Of a stretch of 64,000 nt of DNA, positions 1 through 28,451 are shown piece by piece. The position numbers and the translations under genes are program-made. The stretch's first letter is position 1; each line of letters begins with the position of its first letter. The notes beneath the pieces were generated by a model. That model did not search any database. It had not been told where the DNA came from and saw nothing but the letters and a program-made list of their open reading frames with translations. Origin of the DNA: the human T2T-CHM13v2.0 reference genome, Homo sapiens; NCBI RefSeq assembly GCF_009914755.1, contig NC_060931.1; one strand, written 5' to 3'.

Positions 1-167
1 AAAAATACAAAAATTAGCCGGGTATGGTGGTGAGTGTCTGTAATCCCTGCTACTCAGGAGGCTGAGGCAGGAGAATCGCTTGATCCCAGGAGATGGAGGT
101 TGCAGTGAGCCAAGATTGCACCACTATACTCCAGCCTGAGTAACAGAGCAAGACTCTGTCTCAAAAA

Positions 168-203
<36 letters not shown>
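1..203 (+). mobile_element. Alu (3' part) with (TAAA)n tail
   Basis: Alu right-arm consensus; orthologous to the Alu at ~41839-42142. Confidence 0.9.
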
Positions 204-989
204 AATTAAGCCAACTTTTAACCATGATGCTCTTTTTTTTAAAAAAAAATATTTAATTCTCTTATTACTTGACTTTAGCCATGCCAAACCGCCAATATTT
301 CTGACTTTTGAACTTTACTAACATAACCTCCCAGGCAAAACCAATAAGCTTTTTTGTTTTTGTTTCCTGTTTTGTTTTGTTTTGGTTTTTGAGACAGAGT
401 CTCCCTCTGTCGCCCAGGCTGGAGTGCAGTGGCCAAACTCAGCTCACTGCAACCTCCACCTCCTGAAACCAATAAACTTTAACTAAGGTTATTAACCTAA
501 CCACAAGTGTACAAGGTATTTTCAAAAAGGTGGCAAGCACTTTTTACAAAATCTAGAATCTTCAAAGGTAGCTCAGAGAAAGGAAAATCCAAAACGGTTC
601 GTGGAGGGGAAGAGAATCAACAAATGTTCACACAGTTATCAAATCAGAAAGGACTCATTTCCTAAGCCAGAAATTGAACCCTGAACTCAGGCTGCCACTG
701 TGAGACAACAAAGCCCAGCTACTGAGCTACAGCACTGAGCAGTCTCCACTGGAGTCTCCCAGAAGAAGCCTCCAGCAGCCAATTTTGAGCTTGCAAAGGT
801 TTTTAACTGCTCAAGATCATTTTTAGGGTTAACTGTAACATAAATTTCAAAATCTCTGTATGCTGGATGGTAGAAACCAAGAGAAAATACTGCCACATGG
901 CTACAAGGTCAAGCTCCCAAGAACATAAAACAAGAGGGAAACTTCATTATTTTGTTGTTGTTTGTTTCAGGGACTTCTTTTTTGTTTCT

Positions 990-1300
990 TTGGTTTTTTT
1001 TTGTTTGTTTGTTTTTTTAAGATGGAGTCTCTCCTGTCTCTTGGGCTGGAGTGCAGTGGCACGATCTTGGTTCACTGCATCCTTTGCCTCCCAAGTTCAA
1101 GCAATTCTCCCTGCCTCAGCCTCCTGAGTAGCTGAAACTATAGGCACCCACCACCACCCTGGCTAATTTTTGTATTTTTAGTAGAGACGAGTTTTCACCA
1201 TGTTGGCCAGGCTGGTCTTGAACTCCTGACCTCAGGTGATCCGCCTGCCTGGGCCTCCCAAAGTGCTGGGATTAAAGGCGTGAGCCACCATGCCCAGCCT
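990..1300 (-). mobile_element. AluS (shared with ~42895-43195)
   Basis: Full-length antisense Alu; TSD-like tgtttcagggacttct on both sides. Confidence 0.9.
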
Positions 1301-1667
1301 GTTTCAGGGACTTCTGACCAGAAGTTTCAACATGTGATCTCTGGGCAAGATGGTGGCCCAGAGTAACAGAAAAGATAAGAAGGAGAGAGAGAGAGAGAAA
1401 GAAGAGAGAGAGAGAAAAGCGTGGCCTATGGTGGAGCAGGAAAGGTGAGGAGCTCAGGAAAGCCAGAGAAAGACCCACGCATTGCAGTGAATCAAAAGTG
1501 TAGGTGATCTCTTGTTGTGAAAGAATCTTTTTCAGCAGTCCCATCTGCTCTCAAGTTTCCCACTTTAGGGAGGAAAAAGCTCCCCACGTTCCATGATCCT
1601 GTACTCGCCTAATTCTGTCAGCCACAGCCATTAGCAAAAAGTGCAAGGCAGATTAATCCAAAGACAA

Positions 1668-2025
<358 letters not shown>

Positions 2026-2374
2026 CTAATCTTAGCTGAGAGGGACTTTACTGAGAGGGGCCTCTAACCCCCTAAATCTTAGGAAAGACTCTAACCTTTT
2101 GAAGTTGTGCCTCAAACACAAGTTTTGTCAAGTATTCTTGCCTTTTATTAAAAGAGACCTTTTATCTTATACGTCTTAGGAGAAACTCTTAACTCCACCC
2201 AATCCCATTCTTTACCTGGGTACGCCACCACTTGCAAACTCTTAACTCCACCCAATCCCATTCTTTACCTGGGTACGCCACCACTTGCAAAAAGTTAGCC
2301 AACTGGTGATTCAGTCTATTTCCTTTGGGTTGGGGGTTTCCTTAGTTTCGTCCCTTTGTGATTCAATGAAATGA

Positions 2375-3890
<1,516 letters not shown>

Positions 3891-3922
3891 TGCCTCCTTT
3901 TTGAAATCTCAGGCTGCCTGCA

Positions 3923-4606
<684 letters not shown>

Positions 4607-4849
4607 CTGCAAAGGATCCGCAGCAAGGAAGGTCATAAAATCCGAAATTTTAAAATAATTGTCATTATATTATTTCAATTTGTGAATAACTATATTATAT
4701 ATCATTTATAAATGCATATGACGTTATACACAAGGTTAAATGCAAATATCCTCTGGTGTTGGCCTGGCTCAGATCAGGGAAGAAGCCCTGCCTGTAAAGG
4801 GTGCAGCTTAGGCTGTTATTTTTGCTTCATTCAGCCTAGCGTCTGATCA

Positions 4850-5090
4850 AATATTCCGTCACTCAGGGCGTGAAGGGTGGGGCCTGAAACCTTATCCCAT
4901 CAGGGGCCATATATTAGAAACTGTATAATCAGGCATGCAGCTGGAGAGAACAGGACGCCTCCGTAATTTTACCGGGCCTTTTGTGTTTCTCTGCGTCCAG
5001 AGCTCCAGTTCTTCTCTTCACTGCTCTGCGTCCTCTGCTCTTAGAGGTCAAGCCACTGTGGCCTTGTGTCCTGCAGGTATCCGCAGATTT
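4850..5090 (+). promoter_or_regulatory. ZNF735 proximal promoter / 5' UTR
   Basis: gtcactcaggg, GC/GT box gggtggggcc, CCAAT-like ttatcccatca and TATA-like catatattag just upstream of exon 1; arrangement conserved in copy B. Confidence 0.6.
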
Positions 5091-18721
<13,631 letters not shown>

Positions 18722-18826
18722 TGAAAATAAGTTGAAGAATTTTGTTCTCATAAATCAAATTTGTATTCTTTTTTACCCTATTTAGATTTTTAAAAAAATT
18801 TTGTGGGTAGTTAGCGTGCATACACA

Positions 18827-19326
18827 TGCCAAGACCAGCTCAGTCAGGGAGACCCTAACCCAGTGGCACTAGAGGAATTAAAGACACATACACAGAAATA
18901 TAGAAGTGTGAAGTGGGAAATCAGGGGTCTCATAGCCTTCAGAGCTGAGAGCCTCGAACAGAGATTTACCCACATATTTATTAAGAACAAGCCAGTCATT
19001 AGCATTGTTTCTATAGATATTAAATTAACTAAAAGTATCCCTTATGGGAAATGAAGGGATGGGCCAAATTAAAGGAATAGGTTGGGCTAGTTATCTGCAG
19101 CAGGAGCATGTCCTTAAGGCACAGATTGCTCATGCTATTTTTGTGGTTTGAGAACGCCTTTAAGTGGTTTTCCGCCCTGGGCAGGCCAGGTGTTGCTTGC
19201 TCTCATTCTTGTAAACCCACAACCTTCCAGCGTGGGCTTTATGGCCATCATGAACATGTCACAGTGCTGCAGAGATTTTGTTTATGGCCAGTTTATGGCC
19301 AGATTTTGGGGAGCTTGTTCCCAACA
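18827..19326 (-). mobile_element. MER9a solo LTR (HERV-K HML-3)
   Basis: Reverse complement runs TGTTGGGAACAAGCTCCCCAAAATCTGGCCATAAAC...GAGCTGGTCTTGGCA; 6-bp TSD TACACA (18821-18826, 19327-19332). Confidence 0.9.
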
Positions 19327-19696
19327 TACACACTTACAGCATATATGAGACATTTTAACACAGGCATATATTATTTAATTATCACAGCAGAGTAAATGAG
19401 GTATTCCTCATCACGAGCGTGTATTTATCCTTTGTATTACAAACAATCCCATTATACAGTTTTAGTTATTTCAATATGTGCAATTGAATTATTAACCACA
19501 GGGTCATTTTATGATCATAAAAATTACATGATTATAATTAATATCCATACATTTCTGAGTCTTGATTAAATATTTTTAAAAACTTGTTTTATATGTATTT
19601 TTGTACATGTGCCTCTCTGCTGACAAACAAAAACAGACTTTTAGTTTTGATTTACATAGAGTTACATATACAAACATATTTCTCTAAAGATATATC

Positions 19697-20143
<447 letters not shown>

Positions 20144-20201
20144 TCAAAAAAATAAACCTATATTCTGTGTCTTGTATTGAATTCATTACTGTAAAATCAT
20201 A

Positions 20202-22144
20202 TCCCACCCAAATCTTATCATAAATTGTAATCCCCACACGTTAAGGGAGGGACTTGGTGGGAGTTGATTGGAACATGAGGGTAATTTTCCCCCATGCTGT
20301 TCTCATGATTCTAAGTGAGTTCTCAAAAGATCTAATGGTTGTATAACTGGTGGTTTTTTTCTGCTCTCTCTCCTGCTGCCTAGTGAAGAAGGTACTTGCT
20401 TCTCCTTTACCTTCCACTGTAATTGCAGGTTTCCTGAGACCTCCCCAGCCATGCAGAATTGTGAGTAAATTAAACCTCCTTTCTGTATAAATTACCCATT
20501 CTCTGGTAGTATCTTTATAGTAGTGTGAAAACAGACTAATACAGAAAATTAATACTGGGAGTTTGGGGCACTATAAAGATAATTGAAAATGTGGAAGTGA
20601 CTTTGGAAATGGGTAATAGGCAGAGGTTGAAACAGTTTAGAGAGATCAGAAAAAGATAGAAAAATGTGGGAAAGTTTGGAACTTCTTAGAGACTTGTTGA
20701 ATGCTTTTGACTGAAATGCTAAGAGTGATATAGATGATAAAGTCCAGGCTGAGGTGGTCTCAGATGGAGATGAAAAACTTATGTTTAAAGTGGAAGCAGA
20801 ACATAAAAGTTTGGAAAGTTGGCAGCCTGATCATGATTTAGAATATAAAACCCCATTTTTTGGAAAGAAATTCGAGGCACTGCAGAAATTTGCAAAAGTA
20901 AAGAGAAGCTGAATATTGATAGCCAAGACAATGGGGAAAATGTCTTCAGGTCATGTTAAAGGTCTGAGGCAGGTCCTTCCATCATAGGCCAGGCGCCCTA
21001 GGAGGAAACACTGGTTTCATGTTCGAGGTCCAGGGCCCCATTACTCTATGAAGTCTTGGGACTTGGTGCCCTGCATCCCAGCTGCTCCAGATCCAGCTGT
21101 GGCTAAAAAGGGCCAAGGTACAGCTTGGGTTATTTCTTTAGAAAGTGCAATCCTCAAACCTTGGTAGCTTCCATGTGGTATTGGGCATGTCAGTGAACAT
21201 AAGACAAGAGTTGAGCTCTGGGAACCTCTGCCTAGATTTCAGAGGATGGATAAAAATGCCTGGATGTTCAGGCAGAAGTCTTCTACAGGGGCAGAGCCCT
21301 CATGGAGAACCAGTAATAGGGCAATGCAGAAGGGAAATGTGGGGTTGGAGCCCTCATGCAGAGTCCCCCCTGAAGCTGTCTACTGGACTTGTGAGAAGGC
21401 CTCTATACTCCAGACCCCAGAATGACAGATCCGCCATGAGCTTGCACTGTGCACCTGGAAAAGCCACAGGCATTCAATTCCAGTCCATGAAGGAGCTGCC
21501 CAAGGTCATGAGGCCCACCCCTTGCATCAGCATGCCCCACATGTGAGACATGGAGTCAAACGAGATCATCTCAGAGCTTTAAGATTTAATGACTGCCCTG
21601 TTGGAATTCAAAATTGCATGAGGCCTGTAGCTCTTTGGTTTTGGCCATTTTCTCCCACTTGAAATGGGATAACTTATCTAAGGCCTGTACCCACACTGTA
21701 TCTTAGAAGTTTCTACTTTGCTTTTGATTTACAGGCTCATAGGTAGCAGGGACTTGCCTTGTCTCAGATTGGACTTTGGAGTTAGACTTTTGGGTTGATG
21801 CTAAAATAAGTTAAGATTTTGGGAGACTCTTGGGAAAGCATGTTTGGTTTTGAAATATATAAAGGGTGTGAGATTTGGAAGGGGCCATGGGCAGAATGAT
21901 ACTCATGGTGTTCTCATGATAGTGAGTGAGTTCTCATGAGATTGGATGGTTTTATAAGTGGTAATTTTTCCTGTTCTTCACTAAGTGAAAAAGATACCTG
22001 CTTTTCCTTCACCTTCTGCCATTATTGTAAGGTTCCTGAGGCCTCCCCAGCCATGCTGAACTGTGAGTCAAATTAGCCTCTTTTCTTTATAATTTACCTA
22101 GTCTTGGGTGTGTCCTTATAGCAATGTGAGAATGGACTATTAGA
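20202..22144 (+). mobile_element. THE1D/MSTA-type MaLR provirus: LTR (~20202-20543), internal region (~20544-21896), deleted LTR (~21897-22144)
   Basis: LTR ends gactaataca; internal gaaaatgtggaagtgactttggaa...gtccaggctgaggtggtctcagatggagatga...; PPT-like ggggccatgggcagaa precedes tgata. Confidence 0.85.
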
Positions 22145-22584
22145 CACAGTAACTTAATAACAAAGGTATCATTATTATCTTTAATTTACAAAGAAAGAAA
22201 CAGAGCCAGGGAGAGAAATAACTTGCCAGGGAGAGAAATAATAGCAGAGCCAGTATTAAAAAACAAGCAACTTTGACTCCAGAGATAATACTCTTGAATA
22301 CAACAATAAAAACCCTGTCAAACAGAAAAGAAGTTACCTTTAACATCCATTCTTAAAAATTTAACAAAAATGAAAATGGATACATTTGTATTGTTATATA
22401 TGTATATATGTGAATGTATACTATAAATAAGAAATACTTCATACAAGCCAGAAAAAGATAAGTAATTCATGAATAAAATTGAAAAGTAGTTCAATTAATT
22501 ATTATTTGCAGATGATATCTTTGTTTACTTAGAAAGACAACAAAAGCAACTGAAAGGCAATTTTTGAAATCTATTCAAGTGGGT

Positions 22585-22800
22585 AGGCAAAATTCTCAAG
22601 TGACCCTCAGATTCCCACTTCACTGCACACCTGCTATGTAATCCTTTTCTCTTGAGTGTGACAAAATGTGTGACTGTGGTGGGACATTATTCATGTAATT
22701 ATGTTACTAATGTATTGGCTTCCTGTTTATCATAAAAGAGATTATCTTGATTAGACTAAACTTAATCAGAGGTCTTTTTAAGAGAAAGAGCACATCATGG
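22585..22800 (+). mobile_element. MLT1-type LTR fragment
   Basis: tgtaatccttttctcttgagtgtg...gagattatcttgattagactaaacttaatca resembles the MLT1E/F 5' region. Confidence 0.45.
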
Positions 22801-22827
22801 AAAAACACCATGATGTGCAGAAAACAG

Positions 22828-23470
22828 TTTGAGAGCAGAGAACTGCTTTGACCACATATTTACCAGGGTGGAGTTTTTCCCCACCCTAGTAAGCCTGAGG
22901 GTACTACAGGAGACCAGGGCATATCTCAGCTCTTATCTCAACCACAGAAGACAGACATTCCCAGAGTGGATGTTTATAGACCACCCCCCAGGAATGCATT
23001 CCTTTCCCAGGGTTTTAATATATTAATATTAAAACCTTGCTAGGAAAAGAATTTAGTGATATCTCTCCTACTTGCATGTCCATTTATAGGCTCTCTGCAA
23101 GAAGAAAAATATGGCTCTTTTTGCCCAACCCTGCAGGCAGTTAGACCTTATGGTTGTCTTCCCTTGTTCCCTAAAAATCACTGTTATTCTGTTCTTTTTC
23201 AAGGTGCACTGATTTCATATTGTTCAAACACACATGTTTTACAATCAATTTGTACAGTTAACACAACTATCACAGTAGTCCTGAGGTGACATACATCCTC
23301 ATCTTACAAAGATAATAGGATTAAGAGATTAAAGACAGGCATAAGAAATTATAAAAGTATTATTTAGGAACTGATAAATGTCCATATTAAAATGAAATCT
23401 TCAAAATTTTTGTTCCTCTACTGCGGCTCCAGCTGGTCCCTCCGTTCAGGGTCCCTGACTTCCCGCAACA
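22828..23470 (-). mobile_element. MER11 LTR (HERV-K HML-8), 5' ~640 bp only
   Basis: Ends ...ccgttcagggtccctgacttcccgcaaca, the reverse complement of the MER11 5' end TGTTGCGGGAAGTCAGGGACCC. Confidence 0.85.
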
Positions 23471-23710
23471 GGTCAGGAGTTCAATACTAGCCTGGCCAAC
23501 ATGGTGAAACCCTGTCTCTACTGAAAATACAAAAAAATTAGCTGGGCATGGTGGAGCATGCCTGTAGTCCCAGCTACTCAGGAGGCTGAGGCAAGAGAAT
23601 GACTTTGACCTTCCAGGTGAAGGTTGCAGTGAGCCAAGATCACACCATTACACTCTAGCCTGGGCGACAGAGTAAGACTCCATCTGGGGAAAAAAAGAAA
23701 AAGAAAAGAA
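23471..23710 (+). mobile_element. Alu lacking its 5' ~70 nt
   Basis: Starts at ggtcaggagttc directly after the MER11 terminus. Confidence 0.85.
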
Positions 23711-26700
23711 GTATGTCAGAATGCCCTTTGTTGACAGATCCCAGACAAGACAGTCACATCACCTAATTGTTGGGGCCAATGATATGTCACAATTATCCAT
23801 GTGGGCAGGGCCCAGAAAAAAAGGATAGTCAAATCATCTAAGTGCTGAGCTCATTGATATGTCACAAGTGTTGCTGTAGGCAGGCCCCATGTAGAAGAGG
23901 AGAATCACATCACTTAGGTGCTGGGTGCAGTGTAATATCACTATCTTTCTGAGAACAGGGCCCAGGCACATGAGTCACACCTCTTTGGTTCTTGGCCCAG
24001 GTATCTGTCCAATTTTATTTGTGAACTGGGCCATCTGGAGAGTCAAATTACTCACATGTTGGACAAAGTTATATGTCATAATAACACTGTGGAAAGGTCC
24101 AGTGATAAGTTCCACCATCCTGCACATGTCTTGACTCCAGGTAAAAAATTCATCATTGTGCTTGTAATTTGGTCCCAGGTATATGGCACAATACAACCTG
24201 TGGGGAGGAAGAGGCCAGAAAAGACACATCACTTGGGTGCTGGTCCAGAAATATGTCACAATCCCCCTTGTAGGCAGAACCCTGGCAGAAGAGTCACATC
24301 ACTTGGCTGCTGGGCCCAGTGATATATCAAAATCCCCCCTGTAGGCAGAGCTTAGGCAGGAAAGGGGAATCACTTCACCTAAGTAATTAGCCTAGACAGG
24401 TTTCACAGTGGCCCCCATGGGCACAGCCAAGGCAGGAGAGTGACATCACCTTGCTGCCAGGCTCAGCAATGGGTCACAATCTCTCCAGTGGGCAGGAACT
24501 AGGCAAGAGGAGAATCACATCACCTAGGTGCTGGGCTAAGTGATATGTTCCAATGCTTCCTGTAGGAAGAACTCAGTCAGGAGAGTCACATTACGTGGGT
24601 GCAGTACCCAGCTAAATGTCACAGTGCACTCTAAGTGCAGAGCCAAGGCAGTAGAAGTCACATCACCTGTGTAATGAACCCAGAAATAAGTCACAATGCT
24701 TTTTGTAGGCAGGGAGCAGGCAGGGGAGTCACAGGACCTGGGTTGATGCTGGTTGCTATGAAATGTAAAAATGCCCTTGGCAGGCAGGGCCCAGGAAGGA
24801 GTTTCACATTACTTAGGTGGGTGGTCCATGTATATGTCACAATTTTATCTGTGGGCTGGGCCTAGGAAACAGTCAGATCACTCAGGTTCTGGGCAAAGGT
24901 ATATTTCCCAATCACACACTTGGGAATGTACAGAAATGAGTTTCACAGTTTCACACGAGTCCTGGCTTCATGTATGAGAGGCAACCCCTCTTGTGAGTGG
25001 GGTTCAAGTAAAGGAGATACAGTCTCAACAATGCACAAAATGCATGCACAACAGCCCCAATCTCACCTGCAGATTGTGTTCCAATAGGGAACTCACAGCC
25101 TCACAGGTCTGCCGAATCATGGTTCGAGAGTCACCAAACCACCTGGAAACCAGATCCACATATGAGAGTAATAAATCCAACTTGCAACTGTTTTTATGTG
25201 TGAGATTAAGTGCCTCATTCGTAGGCTCTGTTTATCTGTAAGAATGAGGAAGAGTCTGTCGGCTGGGTCTGCATACAAGAGTCACAATCTCAGCTGTTAG
25301 CTAGGCCTTGTTATCACCTCTATCACTCTAGGGCTTCCTATGATAGTCCTGAGTGTTGTAATGTTCTGTGAACTTTATACAAGTAGGAGACCCAGGACAT
25401 TACCTATGGCCTAAGCCTGGCTACAAAAGTCAAAATATCTCCCACTGTCTGTGTCCAGGTAAGAGAGTCATCATTGTGGTTGTGAGCTGGGCCCAGGTAT
25501 ATGCCACAATTTCACCTGCCGGCAAGAACAAAACAGGAGAATCACATCACCTGGGTGCTAGATCCAGTGATATGTCACAATGCCCACTGTAGGCAGGGCA
25601 CAGGCAGGAGAGTCACATCATCTGAGTTCTTGGCTCAGCAGTATGTCACAATCCCTTCTGTAAGTAGGGCCCAGAGAGCAAGAAAAATCACATTACCTAG
25701 CTGCTGAGCCTGGCAATGTCACAATGCTCCCTGTTAACAGGGCCCAGGAAAGAGCACAGAGTCATATCACACAGCTGATTGGCCCAGAAATTTGTCAAAA
25801 TCTTCACTGGTGGCAGGGCACAGGAAGAAAAGCAGAGTCACATTACCTAGGTGATGGACCCAGCCAAATGTCATGAACTTGCCTGTAAGCAGGGTCCAGG
25901 CAGGACAGGAGAGTCACATTACCTAGGTTATGGGCCCAGAGAGATTTCACAATTTCTACTGAGACCAGGGTCCTGGAATGAGAGAAAAGTTATACCACTT
26001 CTGTGAGGTGTCCAGAGGTATGTCACAGTGACCCCTTTGGCCTTGCCCACACAGGAAATGGAAGTCATATCACCTAGGTAATAAACCCAGAGTCATGTCA
26101 CAATTTTTCCTGAAGGCAGGGCCAAGGCAGGAGAGTCACATCACCTAGGTTCTTGGCCCAGCAATATGTCACAATCCCTTCTAAATGCACAAGCAGGAAA
26201 GAAGAGTCACATAACTTAGGTACTGGGCACAGAAATATGCCACAATCCCCAATGGAGGCCAAGACAAGGCAAGTCAGTAGAGTCACATCACATAGGTGAT
26301 AAGTCCAAAGATATGTCACAATGTACCCTGTGGTAAGGCCTGGGCTGGAGAGTTATATCACCTAGGTACTTGATCCAGGTATATGTCACATTCCCAACTG
26401 TTGGCTGGGCCCAAGCAAATTAGTAAAATAAATTAGGTGCTGTGTGAAAGTATACGCCACAATCACACCTGCGGGAAGGACCAGGAATAAATTTCACAAT
26501 TCTACGTATTTCCCAGCTTTAGGTCTGAGAGTCTACACTTCTGGTGAGTTGCATCCAAATACACGAGACACAGTCTTAACACTGGACAGGATCCGTGCAC
26601 GAGAGCTCCATCTCCACCTGCAAACAGAGTCCTCATAAGATAGGCACAGCCTCACCAGGGTGCTGAATCTTGGTCTCAGAGTCACTATCCTACCTGTTGA

Positions 26701-28142
26701 TCAGATGCATGTATGTGAGTCAAACTTTCAACTTTTCATTGCCTCTGGGCATGAGATTCAGAACCTCAACAGTGAGCTGTGTCCATATGGGAGAGTGACC
26801 ATCCTTATTGTTGGCTAGGTATGCATAGGAGATTCACAATTTCCTCTATGTTTTTGGCTCTGTTATGACACTCTTTGTACCATTTGAGATCTTCACACAA
26901 CATGCTTGAGAGTGGAATTCTGCTCTGAGAACTTTATGTTTTTATGGATCCAAGATCTTACCCGTTACCCTAAGCCCAGGCAGAAGTTAACACATTTTCT
27001 CTTGCCTGGGTCCAGGTATGAGAGTCATCACCATGTTTGTGAGCTGGGCCCAGAAATGAGTCAGAATCTTACCTGTGGTCAGGTATTACAGTATTACAGA
27101 GAGTGTCAACACAGCCCAATACAAAGTTGCGTACAGTATAATAGGGCATTATACTGTACGCATGAGTGTTGTGATTTTTTTGTGACCTTTGTACAGTTAG
27201 AAAACCCAGAACCATCCCCATTTTCCCAAGCGTAACAGTGAGACAACGTCTCTTCTATTAGCTTGGTCCAAGTATAAGAGACAACACTGTGCCTGTGAGT
27301 TAGTCAAGAAATGACTTCCCCTTTGACCTGTGGCCACATCCACATACGACAGTCACGATTCCAACTGTGGTCTGCATCCATATGTGAGATTTATAACCTC
27401 ACCAGTGGGCTGTGTCTAGGTTTAAGAGTGATAATCCCATTGTTGGCTGGATGTGCCTATGAGAGTCACAATCTCTCCTGCTTGTTGGACTGCATTATGA
27501 CACAGCTCATAAAACTCATGGACTTTATAAAATATTTATGTCATATTTCCTGTGACCTTTTATAAGGAAATGCAGACCCTTACCTGTGTCCCTAAATCTA
27601 GCCAGGGGAGTAAAAAATCTGTTGTATTTGCTGGGTCTATGTATGAGAGTCATCATCATGTCTGCTAACTGGGCCTGGGTATATGTAACAATTTCACTTC
27701 AGAGTGTGGATCAGGTAAAACAGTCATATCATCTGAATTCAGGGCCAGGGATATGTCAGCATTCTCCTTGTGTGCAGTGCCATGGCAGGAAAGCCACATC
27801 ACCTGAGTTCTGGGCTTAGTGATATGTTACAACACATGCTGCGAACATAAGAGGATAGTCACATCGCTTAAATGTTGGGCCCAGAAATGTCACAATTCCC
27901 ACTGTCGGCATGGCCCAGGCAGGAGGGTAACATCATTTGGGTGCAGGATCCAGCGATATGTTACAATTCTTACTGGAAGCAGGACCCAGGCAGAAGGGAA
28001 GAGTAACATCACCTAGGTGATGGGTCTAAAAATATACTATGATTTCCCCTGTGGGCCACACTCAGGCAGAAAAAGATGGTAACATAACCCAGGTGATATA
28101 CCCAGAGATATGTCCAAATTTCCCCTAAGAAAAGGGCCAAGA

Positions 28143-28451
<309 letters not shown>

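Noticed and set aside
660-705. tRNA B-box-like aattgaaccctgaactcaggctgcc (also ~42580)
   Set aside because: No cloverleaf can be drawn; it is part of the ERV internal sequence.
20265-20277. Possible DUX4 site in the downstream THE1 provirus LTR
   Set aside because: It reads TGATTGGAACA, mismatching the second homeodomain half-site, and the region is deleted in the 3' LTR.
21145-21546. 133-aa ORF
   Set aside because: It lies inside the decayed THE1/MST internal region and has no ATG start or intact retroviral domain.
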